Part shown: positions 7,579-15,094 of the stretch, piece by piece | Layout of the letters: every line of letters begins with the position of its first letter | Position numbering within the stretch: the stretch's first letter is position 1 | DNA from: Gemmataceae bacterium | GTDB lineage: Bacteria > Planctomycetota > Planctomycetia > Gemmatales > Gemmataceae | DNA length: 24,783 nucleotides | Direction of reading: 5' to 3' | Assembly (NCBI GenBank): GCA_035638015.1 | Contig: DASRAT010000865.1 | Coordinates: 1 to 24,783 of the forward strand | The notes under the pieces: generated by a model | What the model was told of the DNA's origin: nothing | Databases searched by the model: none | What the model saw: the letters and a program-made list of their open reading frames with translations, nothing else | Program-made: the position numbers and the translations under genes

Positions 7579-8772
7579 ATGGCCACCGCAACCCTTCCCC
7601 CCGACCCCACCATCATCGAGTTCGACGTCCGCACGGACGAAATGCTCGTCAACATGGGCCCGCAGCACCCTAGCACCCACGGCGTCTTGCGCCTCGTGCT
7701 GCGGACCGATGGCGAGATCGTCTCCGAAGTCGTGCCGCACATGGGTTATCTGCACCGCTGTGCCGAGAAGATCGGCGAAAACGTGGCGCCCATTCAGTTC
7801 ATCCCCTACACCGACCGCATGGATTACCTGGCCGGGATGAACATGAACCTCGCCTATTCGCTGGCCGTCGAAAAGCTGTGCGGCATGAAACTGCCGGAAA
7901 AGGCCAATGTCATTCGCGTCATCATCGCCGAGCTGAATCGCATCGCCAGCCACTTGGTCGCGATGGGAACTTATGGCCTCGACCTGGGGACGTTTAGCCC
8001 GTTCCTTTACGCTTTCCGTGAACGCGAGATGATTCTCGATTTGTTCGAGGAGGTTTGCGGCGCCCGTTTGACTTACAGTTATGTGACGATCGGCGGTGTC
8101 CACGATGATTTGCCGGAGGGCTGGGTCGATCGCTGTCAGGAGTTTCTCACCTATTTCAAGCCGCGTATTGACGAATACCACGCGCTCTTGACCAACAACG
8201 CCATCTTCATCAAGCGCACCGCCAACATCGGCATTTGCCCCAAGGAACTGGCCATTAACCACGGCTGCAGCGGCCCCATGCTGCGCGGCTCGCTCAACCG
8301 CGACGAGGGCGATCCCGAATGGGACCTCCGCAAGATGGAGCCGTATTGCGGCTATGAAAACTATGACTTCAACGTGATCATTCCGCCGTTCACCGCCGCC
8401 CCGCCGGAAGCGGTCATCGGCGACTGCTGGCATCGCTATTACGTCCGCATGTTGGAAGTGGTCGAGAGCATCAAGCTGATCGAGCAGGGCCTTCAGAAAT
8501 ACAAGACGGCCCAGGGATCACATCGCATCGAACCGCCAAAGCATCTGCCGCCCGGCGAGGCCTACACGGAAACCGAATGCCCGCGCGGCCAGATGGGGTT
8601 CTACATCGTCGGCCGCAATGTCAAGGACGCGGTCCCGTTGCGAGTGCGGGCGCGGTCGTCGAGCTTTTGCAATTTGAGCGTGACCAACGCGATTTGCCGC
8701 GGCTGTTTGATCGCGGATGTGCCGGCGATTGTGGGGAGCATTGACATTGTGATGGGGGAGATTGATAGGTAG
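7579..8772 (+). CDS. nuoD: NADH-quinone oxidoreductase subunit D
   Basis: NMGPQHPSTHGVLRL, GYLHRCAEK, DRMDY, ECPRGQMG, C-terminal DIVMGEIDR. No NiFe CxxC motifs. Confidence 0.96.
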   Translation: MATATLPPDPTIIEFDVRTDEMLVNMGPQHPSTHGVLRLVLRTDGEIVSEVVPHMGYLHRCAEKIGENVAPIQFIPYTDRMDYLAGMNMNLAYSLAVEKLCGMKLPEKANVIRVIIAELNRIASHLVAMGTYGLDLGTFSPFLYAFREREMILDLFEEVCGARLTYSYVTIGGVHDDLPEGWVDRCQEFLTYFKPRIDEYHALLTNNAIFIKRTANIGICPKELAINHGCSGPMLRGSLNRDEGDPEWDLRKMEPYCGYENYDFNVIIPPFTAAPPEAVIGDCWHRYYVRMLEVVESIKLIEQGLQKYKTAQGSHRIEPPKHLPPGEAYTETECPRGQMGFYIVGRNVKDAVPLRVRARSSSFCNLSVTNAICRGCLIADVPAIVGSIDIVMGEIDR

Positions 8773-8816
8773 GCTGAAGTTGAAGAGGTGCCCCCGTGAG
8801 GCAGGGAGGAATTTGC

Positions 8817-9128
8817 ATGATCACTATCCTCGCCACGATTCAGAACGGACAAATTGTACCACGTCAACCAGTTGATTGGCCTGAAGGGACCGAGGTAGAG
8901 GTTTCCTTGATCAAACCGAAGGGAGAGAAACTTGGCATGACTGAGGATGAGTGGCCAACGACACCCGAAGGAATAGCGGCATTGCTCAAGCGCATGGATG
9001 AAGCCGAACCGCTGGAGTTCACTCCCGAGGAGGAAAAAGCGTGGGAGGACGATCGAAAAGCCCGGAGGGAATTCGAACTCAATAACTTTGACAAGCGGTC
9101 GAAGATGATCGAGGGGCTTTTTGAATGA
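8817..9128 (+). CDS. VapB-type antitoxin (DUF104/AF2212 or AbrB-like N-terminus)
   Basis: ITILATIQNGQIVP..P..WPEGTEVEV beta-rich N-terminus, acidic C-terminus, SD GGGAGG, ATGA overlap with the PIN gene. Confidence 0.75.
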   Translation: MITILATIQNGQIVPRQPVDWPEGTEVEVSLIKPKGEKLGMTEDEWPTTPEGIAALLKRMDEAEPLEFTPEEEKAWEDDRKARREFELNNFDKRSKMIEGLFE

Positions 9129-9535
9129 GGCGGTTTTTGCTCGACACCAATATTGCGGGCGATTATATCTTCAAACGCCATCGGGTTTATGAACGGGCGC
9201 GCGAGGAAATCTCGCGAGGAAACCGCATTGGCATTTGCATCCCAGTGGTGGGAGAGCTTTACTATGGAGTGGAGTATAGTGCTACGCGGGACCGCAACGC
9301 CAACCGGTTGCGGCAAATTCTGCCGGACTTCATGATCTGGCCCTACGATTTGGACGCAGCCAAGGAATTCGGCCGCGTTCGCGCGAACTTGCGACGAGCA
9401 GGTCGGCCCATGCAGGAGGTTGACATACAAACCGCGGCCATTGCTCTAACTTTGGGAAGAACCACCATCGTCACGGCCGACACCGATTTCCAAGCCATTC
9501 CCGGCCTTACCCTCGAAAACTGGGCCACACCTTAA
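9125..9535 (+). CDS. vapC: VapC PIN-domain ribonuclease toxin
   Basis: FLLDTNI, VVGELYYG, D..IAA.AL...T.VT.D.DF acidic PIN tetrad, 136 aa. Confidence 0.92.
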   Translation: MRRFLLDTNIAGDYIFKRHRVYERAREEISRGNRIGICIPVVGELYYGVEYSATRDRNANRLRQILPDFMIWPYDLDAAKEFGRVRANLRRAGRPMQEVDIQTAAIALTLGRTTIVTADTDFQAIPGLTLENWATP

Positions 9536-9731
9536 AACTCCGACCGCGGTGTCCTCTTGTCTTCAACCTCCCCGTCACCTTCCCCTACCACTCCGTTTAC
9601 GCCTTCGCCCGCAAGCCGCTACCCAGTTCAACGCCTGCGGCAGCCACACATTGTCGCTCCGCCAGCTAACCCAGTAGAATGGTGAGGAACGTAATCCCCT
9701 GGTGTATCCCACCTTGTAGGAGTTCGCTGCC

Positions 9732-11903
9732 GTGAATCTCAAAAAAACCTTCGTGTGCCTCACGCTGCTGCTATCGCTGACCGCGTTTTGCCAACCGCAA
9801 GCCGACTCCTCCCAGGCCCAAACCAGCTGGTGGCCCGCCGAGGTTGAGCAAGCACTGACGCGGGCCAAGGCCAACAATGCGGAGATTGTCAAAGCGCTCA
9901 ACGGCGCTCCCGCCGAGCAGCGCAAGGGCATGGCATTCATCGTCGCCAATATGCCCGACCCCGATCTGCGCTCGCTCAAGGCCGATTTTCTTCTGGAAAA
10001 TCTGGCGCTGGCTTACAAGGCCCGCAAGGAGTTTGCTTGGTGTCAGACGATGCCCGAGGCGATTTTCCTGAATAACGTGTTGCCTTACGCCAATGTCGAT
10101 GAGACTCGGCATCCGTGGCGCAAAGAGTTTTACGACATGTGCGCCCCGGTGGTGAAGGATTGCAAAACCGCGTCCGAAGCTGCATGGAAGCTCAACGAAA
10201 CCGTGTTTGAAAAAGTCAAAGTCAAGTATTCCACGGCACGCAAAAAGGCCAATCAAAGTCCCAATGAATCGATCGAGCAAGGCCTGGCCTCCTGCACCGG
10301 GCTGTCGATTATTTTGATTGATGCTTGCCGCAGCGTGGGCGTGGCGACTCGTCTGGTCGGCACCGCGATGTGGACTGACAAATCGGGCAATCACAACTGG
10401 GTCGAGATTTGGGACAACGGCGACTGGCATTTCACCGGCGCTTGCGAGCCTGATCCCAAGGGTTTGGATCGCGGCTGGTTCACAGACAAGGCCTCCAAGG
10501 CGATCAAGGATTCGCCGCAGCACGCTATCTTCGCGGTTAGCTTTGCCAAGACGGATGTCAGTTTTCCGATGGTCTGGTCTAAGCAGCGCAAGGACATTTC
10601 GGGCGAGAATGTGACCGAGCGCTATACGCAGCCCCAGAAAAAAGAGCCACAAAAGAAGCTCGAATTGTCCAAGGAGCAACTGCAAGAAATCGAGAAACAA
10701 GCCAAGGCCTATTTTGCCGCCAGCGAAGGGGACCGGGCCAAGATGAAATTCGACGCCAAGCTCGATCAATTGCTCGTTGGCAATGACGCCGATGTTCGCC
10801 GGGCCGTTTGGAAGGCTTACGTGTCCGCTCCAATTCATGATGCGATGAAGAAAGATTTCACCGCCAACCAGGTGCGCTACAAGGAGCATGTGAGTCCCTA
10901 CGTCGTCCGCAAGGTCGGCGACCGGCCCAAGAACGGCTGGCCGCTGGTCATCGCCATGCACGGCGGCGGCAACGCGCCCCAGGCTACCAACGATAGCCAA
11001 TGGAAGCAGATGCAGAAGTATTACAAAGATCATCCGGAAGTCGCCGGCGGCTATCAATATCTGGCACTCCGCGCTCCCAACAACACCTGGAACGGTTTCT
11101 ACGACGAATACGTGCCGCCGCTCATCATGAGTCTGATCCGCCAATTCGCGGTGCTGAGTGATGTGGACACCAGCAAGGTCTTTATCATGGGTTATTCGCA
11201 CGGCGGTTACGGTGCCTACTACATCGGACCCAAGATTCCCGATCGCTTCGCCGCCGTTCACTGCAGCGCCGGCGCGGCGACCGATAACACGATTTCGCCT
11301 TTGACGCTGCGCAATACCCGTTTCACTTACATGGTCGGCGAGAAGGACACGGCTTACGGCCGCCGCGAACGCAACGAGCAATTCAGCCAGGTCATGGACA
11401 AAATCAAAAAGGACAACCCCGGCGAGTTCCCCGTGGAATTCGAGTTCAAGCTCGGCTACCAGCACAGCGGTTTACCGGACCGCGACAAGCTCAAGGAAAT
11501 GCTGCCTTTCACTCGCAATGCAGCGCCGCGGCACCTGACGTGGGTTCTGGGCGATGCGGTGCTCACCGATTTCTATTGGGTGTCGGTGGGGAAGCCGGGG
11601 AAGAAACAAGCGGTTGATGTGATCCTGCGCGACAACAAGGCTCAGATCACGAGTTGCAATGTCAAGGATTTCGCGCTGGGCGTGGACAGCCGGCTGGTCG
11701 ATTTCGGCAAACCGCTGCAAGTGACGCTGGACGGCAAGGCGTCGCAGGTCAGCATGGCCCCCAGCTTTGCGACTTTGTGTCAGACAATGGTGAAGCGGGG
11801 CGACGCGGAGTTGGCTTGCACTTGTTTGGTGCAGCTGGATGGGATGAATCGGCCGGTGGATTCGGAGCAGTTTCGATTGTTTGAGTTTAAGCAGAAGAAG
11901 TGA
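9732..11903 (+). CDS. Secreted transglutaminase-like + alpha/beta-hydrolase fusion protein
   Basis: Signal peptide. TG-like core ASC(TG)...RSVGV..R...NHNWVEIWD. Hydrolase with MHGGG, GYSHG nucleophile elbow, GEKD and YQHSG. GTG start with AGGAG. Confidence 0.85.
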   Translation: MNLKKTFVCLTLLLSLTAFCQPQADSSQAQTSWWPAEVEQALTRAKANNAEIVKALNGAPAEQRKGMAFIVANMPDPDLRSLKADFLLENLALAYKARKEFAWCQTMPEAIFLNNVLPYANVDETRHPWRKEFYDMCAPVVKDCKTASEAAWKLNETVFEKVKVKYSTARKKANQSPNESIEQGLASCTGLSIILIDACRSVGVATRLVGTAMWTDKSGNHNWVEIWDNGDWHFTGACEPDPKGLDRGWFTDKASKAIKDSPQHAIFAVSFAKTDVSFPMVWSKQRKDISGENVTERYTQPQKKEPQKKLELSKEQLQEIEKQAKAYFAASEGDRAKMKFDAKLDQLLVGNDADVRRAVWKAYVSAPIHDAMKKDFTANQVRYKEHVSPYVVRKVGDRPKNGWPLVIAMHGGGNAPQATNDSQWKQMQKYYKDHPEVAGGYQYLALRAPNNTWNGFYDEYVPPLIMSLIRQFAVLSDVDTSKVFIMGYSHGGYGAYYIGPKIPDRFAAVHCSAGAATDNTISPLTLRNTRFTYMVGEKDTAYGRRERNEQFSQVMDKIKKDNPGEFPVEFEFKLGYQHSGLPDRDKLKEMLPFTRNAAPRHLTWVLGDAVLTDFYWVSVGKPGKKQAVDVILRDNKAQITSCNVKDFALGVDSRLVDFGKPLQVTLDGKASQVSMAPSFATLCQTMVKRGDAELACTCLVQLDGMNRPVDSEQFRLFEFKQKK

Positions 11904-11906
11904 AAC

Positions 11907-11932
11907 TGACGGCTCAGATGGCGGTGCCGTCA
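11907..11932. terminator. Hairpin between convergent genes, possible weak terminator
   Basis: TGACGGC (11907-11913) / GCCGTCA (11926-11932), with only a short T-run on the minus strand. Confidence 0.35.
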
Positions 11933-11941
11933 ACGAAGCGT

Positions 11942-12250
11942 CTAACCCAATAGCTCTTCAATGTTCTGGCTGCCGTGCAGGACTCGCAGCAATGAAACAC
12001 GCAGATCGTCCCGGCGTTAGAGGAGCAGGTAATTCTCAAACCCCTTGATGAGCCGAAAACGAATACCGGCTTGTCGGGGGTTGTCTGATTCCCAAGGGCT
12101 TCCAAGATCCGGGAACTCCTCGACAAATTTGATTGTGTCATCGAGGGCGTTCAAAAACCTCAAACCTGTATCTTCTGCGTGCCTGTCATCGAAGTAGTCG
12201 ATGATGTCTTTCATGTCGCGCCACAGAGACGACGCTCGAATGATCTCCAT
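11942..12250 (-). pseudogene. parE: ParE family toxin with one in-frame premature TAA
   Basis: Reads ...RFRLIKGFENYLLL*RRDDLRVSLLRVLHGSQNIEELLG*. TAA at 12019-12017 sits where Tyr is expected, and the conserved RVLHG tail continues in frame to TAG at 11944-11942. Confidence 0.85.
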
Positions 12251-12522
12251 TACGATTTCGCCTCACGAGTGCGCTTTGTTTGCAGATATTCGCGGCCAAG
12301 GCGGGCACTGTCGCCTGTCGTCCAGGGAGCAACGTCTCCGCGCTCGATCTCGTCCAGCGCTTCGTCGATTTTCCGCTCCGCGTCTTCTTTCCATTGCACG
12401 CGTATAGCAGTTTCCAGGAGAGATTGCACCAGAGCGCTTCGGTCCTTGAAACGGCCGGCGGCGAGTTCGTGATCCAGGCGACTATTCAATGAATCGGGTA
12501 TTTGCACTGTGAGAGTGACCAT
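12250..12522 (-). CDS. ParD-like ribbon-helix-helix antitoxin
   Basis: MVTLTVQIPDSL...LDHELAAGRFKDRSALVQSLL (CC2985/ParD-like RHH), acidic C-terminus, TAATG overlap with parE. ATG 12522 preferred over the track start at 12615. Confidence 0.8.
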   Translation of the reverse strand: MVTLTVQIPDSLNSRLDHELAAGRFKDRSALVQSLLETAIRVQWKEDAERKIDEALDEIERGDVAPWTTGDSARLGREYLQTKRTREAKS

Positions 12523-12538
12523 AACGTTGTCCCAATTG

Positions 12539-13006
12539 TCAGCTAATTCCGTCTGCCTTGACACACTTGGAATGGCGAGGGATGGGTTGGACGGGAACCC
12601 ATCCGAGACCTCCACAATAACATATTATCGACCTCGGTATAGATGCTACTTTTCCAACACCCGAACAATGCGGGCAGATTTTCGCATCAAAAGGCCGAAT
12701 GGGCTTCAGCGCGGCAAGTTGCGGATATTTTTGGCTGGCGCGAAAAAGCACCATGTTTCTAATGCGCTCATCGTGCTCCACCGTGACTGTTTGCGGGTCA
12801 TCCCACATGAAAGTTAGCACTTCGCGGTTTGGCCGAATTCCCAAGCAGCCAGCCATGTCCAAAATCAATGGCAAAATCTGTAAGTTTGCCGCAACTTTTC
12901 TCAGATCAATGGCCGAAGACCCGCCAACGCTATTAGAAGTTGGGTCACCTTTGAACGATTCGAGTGCTGCTTGGATCGCAGGAATGTCTTGGGTGACTTC
13001 GTTCAC
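12539..13006 (-). CDS. Hypothetical protein with C-terminal CxxCxGxG/CxCGGLG zinc-binding motif, possible immunity-type protein
   Basis: 155-aa ORF with CPHCSGVG...CYCGGLGW, AT-richer than flanks, GTGA overlap with the upstream mini-ORF. Confidence 0.65.
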   Translation of the reverse strand: MNEVTQDIPAIQAALESFKGDPTSNSVGGSSAIDLRKVAANLQILPLILDMAGCLGIRPNREVLTFMWDDPQTVTVEHDERIRNMVLFRASQKYPQLAALKPIRPFDAKICPHCSGVGKVASIPRSIICYCGGLGWVPVQPIPRHSKCVKADGIS

Positions 13007-13059
13007 TGGATTGCCTGCTGCTGAACGGAGAGGTCCGCCAATAGCGTGTGTTGGCTCAT
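13003..13059 (-). pseudogene. 18-codon stub MSQHTLLADLSVQQQAIQ, probable remnant of a nucleotidyltransferase partner gene
   Basis: ATG overlaps the upstream stop (ATGA) and its TGA overlaps the next start (GTGA). The MSQxxLL start resembles my recollection of the genes that normally follow the upstream family. Confidence 0.35.
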
Positions 13060-13316
13060 ACTTGAATCTCTTGCCCCGGAAAAGCCTTGTGAAATAGGTC
13101 CTCTCCCGCCGTTAAGCGGATCAGGGCCATTTTCACTTGCTGCTCGTCATACTCCGGATGGCGTCGCCGCACTCCGGCTGCCGCAATGTCGCGCATGAAA
13201 TCGCTCATTTCCATCGCCATTTTCAACGTCCTGCCAGGTGGCATGCGACGGTATATCTCCAACTGCACCAGCGCCGCTTCTCGCGTCGTGACCGCAGGCA
13301 CAAATTCAATATCCAT
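13056..13316 (-). CDS. Small helical protein resembling the Rv0078B/MenA1-like antitoxin family
   Basis: TTREAALVQLEIYRRMPPGRTLKMAMEMSDFMRDIAAAGVRRRHPEYDEQQV...L. GGAGG 5 nt before ATG 13316. Extended -10 TGgCATAAT at 13376-13368. Confidence 0.65.
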   Translation of the reverse strand: MDIEFVPAVTTREAALVQLEIYRRMPPGRTLKMAMEMSDFMRDIAAAGVRRRHPEYDEQQVKMALIRLTAGEDLFHKAFPGQEIQV

Positions 13317-13507
13317 CTCTGCCTCCATCCTCGCAGCCAAGTTGGGGACATTCATCCTCCTACCAGCATTATGCCAACCCAACGGCCGCAAAGAAAGGGC
13401 CAAGAAACGCGGCTGTTTCCTGATGGCCTAGTCAACCGCGACGCTCCCACGGTACAATCCCCCCACATGGATGTGCCCCTACTGCCGGTTCTTCAAGGAG
13501 GAGACCC

Positions 13508-14401
13508 GTGCCCAAACCACGGATGGTGCCCGCTTACACTACGCCTATGGGCCGCGCCTACAACGCCGATGCCATCGACGTGCTGCGCTCGCTCGCGGCC
13601 GACTCCGTCTCGCTGGTGTTCACGTCGCCGCCGTTTGCGCTGCGTCGCAAGAAGGCCTATGGCAATGTCACCGCCCCGGAGTATGTTGAGTGGTTTTGGC
13701 CGTTTGCCGAGGAGATTCATCGCGTTTTGCTGCCTGATGGGAGTTTTGTTTTCGATCTGGGCGGCGCCTGGAATCCGGGCAGCGGCACGCGGTCTTTGTT
13801 CCCTTATGAGTTGATTCTGCGGCTGGGCAAGCTGTTTCATCTGGCTCAGGATTTTTATTGGTACAACCCATCGCGGCTGCCAACGCCGGCCGAGTGGGTC
13901 ACGATCCAGCGCACTCGTGTCAAGGACGCCGTTAACACACTGTGGTGGCTGTCCAAAACGACCACGCCGCAGGCCGATAATCGGCGGGTGCTCAAGCCTT
14001 ACAGCAAATCGATGAAACGTCTGCTCCGCGACGGTTATCAACCGGCGATGCGGCCGTCGCAGCACGAAATTGGGCCGCATTTCCAGCGTGACAATGGTGG
14101 CGCCATTCCGCCCAATATTCTCACGATTCCCAACACGCGGTCTTACGATCTCTATATTCGCCGTTGCAAGGCGGCGGGGTTGCCTATTCATCCTGCCCGT
14201 TTTCCGGCAGAGATACCGGATTTCTTTATTCGGTTTTTGACCTCGGAAAAGCAACTGGTCGTCGATCCCTTTGCAGGGAGTAATGTCACGGGACAGGTCG
14301 CCGAGGGCTTGGGTCGGCATTGGTTGAGTGTCGAGATTAATGGCGATTATGTTGCGGGGTCACGGCTGCGTTTCGAGACCACGACAACCAAGGCTGCGTA
14401 A
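13508..14401 (+). CDS. Orphan beta-class DNA methyltransferase (PvuII-like, probably N4-cytosine)
   Basis: VFTSPPF motif IV, WYNPSRLPTPAEW, HPARFP, DPFAGS motif I. GTG start with AAGGAGG. TACAAT at 13453-13458. No adjacent endonuclease. Confidence 0.9.
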   Translation: MPKPRMVPAYTTPMGRAYNADAIDVLRSLAADSVSLVFTSPPFALRRKKAYGNVTAPEYVEWFWPFAEEIHRVLLPDGSFVFDLGGAWNPGSGTRSLFPYELILRLGKLFHLAQDFYWYNPSRLPTPAEWVTIQRTRVKDAVNTLWWLSKTTTPQADNRRVLKPYSKSMKRLLRDGYQPAMRPSQHEIGPHFQRDNGGAIPPNILTIPNTRSYDLYIRRCKAAGLPIHPARFPAEIPDFFIRFLTSEKQLVVDPFAGSNVTGQVAEGLGRHWLSVEINGDYVAGSRLRFETTTTKAA

Positions 14402-14410
14402 ACAACAAAA

Positions 14411-14445
14411 AACCCGCGGATTGCTCCGCGGGTTCTGTGTTTTTA
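14411..14445. terminator. Bidirectional rho-independent terminator
   Basis: Perfect 10-bp stem AACCCGCGGA-TTGC-TCCGCGGGTT with an A-run before and a T-rich run after, between convergent genes. Confidence 0.8.
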
Positions 14446-14447
14446 AT

Positions 14448-14464
14448 GCTCAGCCGCAAGCGGC
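14448..14464 (-). repeat. REP-like 17-mer, copy 2 (1 mismatch)
   Basis: GCTCAGCCGCAAGCGGC, 1 nt after the stop of the minus-strand gene. Confidence 0.7.
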
Positions 14465-14465
14465 T

Positions 14466-14816
14466 TTAGCGCTGGGTTTCCATGACCATGAAACCGCGGA
14501 ATTGCAGGGCGTCCATCGCTTCTTGAGCGCGGGTCGGCGTGGTGTAGCTGCCATACAACCGCCACGGGGTGGACGGGCTTTCGCGGTAGTACACGTCGAA
14601 GACCGAGTAAGCCGGTGTCACGATGATCGGGCTGCTGTAAACGACCGTCGGCCGGGGGTAGACTACGACGGGCGGGCAGTAGGGCTTGTAAACCGGTACA
14701 TAGACGCCGACGCCGATCTTGATGCCGCCGCTCGCACTTGCGGTGCTGCCAGCGAATTCAGTGGTGCCGATCAAACCTGCGGTGGCCGCCAGGGCCAGGA
14801 TGGTGCTGCGTAACAT
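14466..14816 (-). CDS. Small secreted Pro/Tyr/Val-rich hypothetical protein
   Basis: Signal peptide, low-complexity PVYKPYCPPVVVYPRP, then a YYRESPSTPWRLYGSY domain. SD AAGGGAG. Confidence 0.8.
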   Translation of the reverse strand: MLRSTILALAATAGLIGTTEFAGSTASASGGIKIGVGVYVPVYKPYCPPVVVYPRPTVVYSSPIIVTPAYSVFDVYYRESPSTPWRLYGSYTTPTRAQEAMDALQFRGFMVMETQR

Positions 14817-15094
14817 GGGTGGGCTCCCTTTTAGTTGTGGTTGTGATTTGAGTTGCGTTTAGTTGCTCCTCGACAAAAGAACGAGGTCGGGGGGTCAACT
14901 TGCGCGGCGACAAAACGGGTTTGTGATGCTGCCGGCGTCCCAGGTCCGAGTTTAACGACTTTGCCGAGATTGCCGGTTGTGAGGCAGACCTGGCAATCTG
15001 CGCAGCCTGGATCGTTACCCCATGCTATTGCGGCGGGAAACTGTTATGATCGGTTGAGAGATTGAAACGTAGGACTGCATTGAAAGGCACTACC

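Noticed and set aside
7579-8772. Group 4 [NiFe]-hydrogenase large subunit
   Set aside because: Lacks both metal-binding CxxC motifs and ends in DIVMGEIDR as in NuoD.
12017-12019. Alternative genetic code or programmed readthrough of TAA
   Set aside because: TAA, TAG and TGA all terminate conserved genes normally in this window, and no recoding signal is visible.
11940-12022. Integron attC-like boxes (GTCTAAC ... GTTAGAG) and the idea of a cassette array
   Set aside because: The boxes lie inside parE, the second fails GTTRRRY, there is no internal L-box stem, and no integrase is present.
11914-12141. 75-aa minus-strand ORF as a frameshifted continuation of parE
   Set aside because: The ParE C-terminus continues in the original frame after the TAA, so no frameshift is needed and this ORF has no features.
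14965-15002. AGATTGCCGG ... CTGGCAATCT imperfect hairpin between divergent genes
   Set aside because: A 9/10 stem with a long loop and no second copy in the window. It may be REP debris but cannot be supported.
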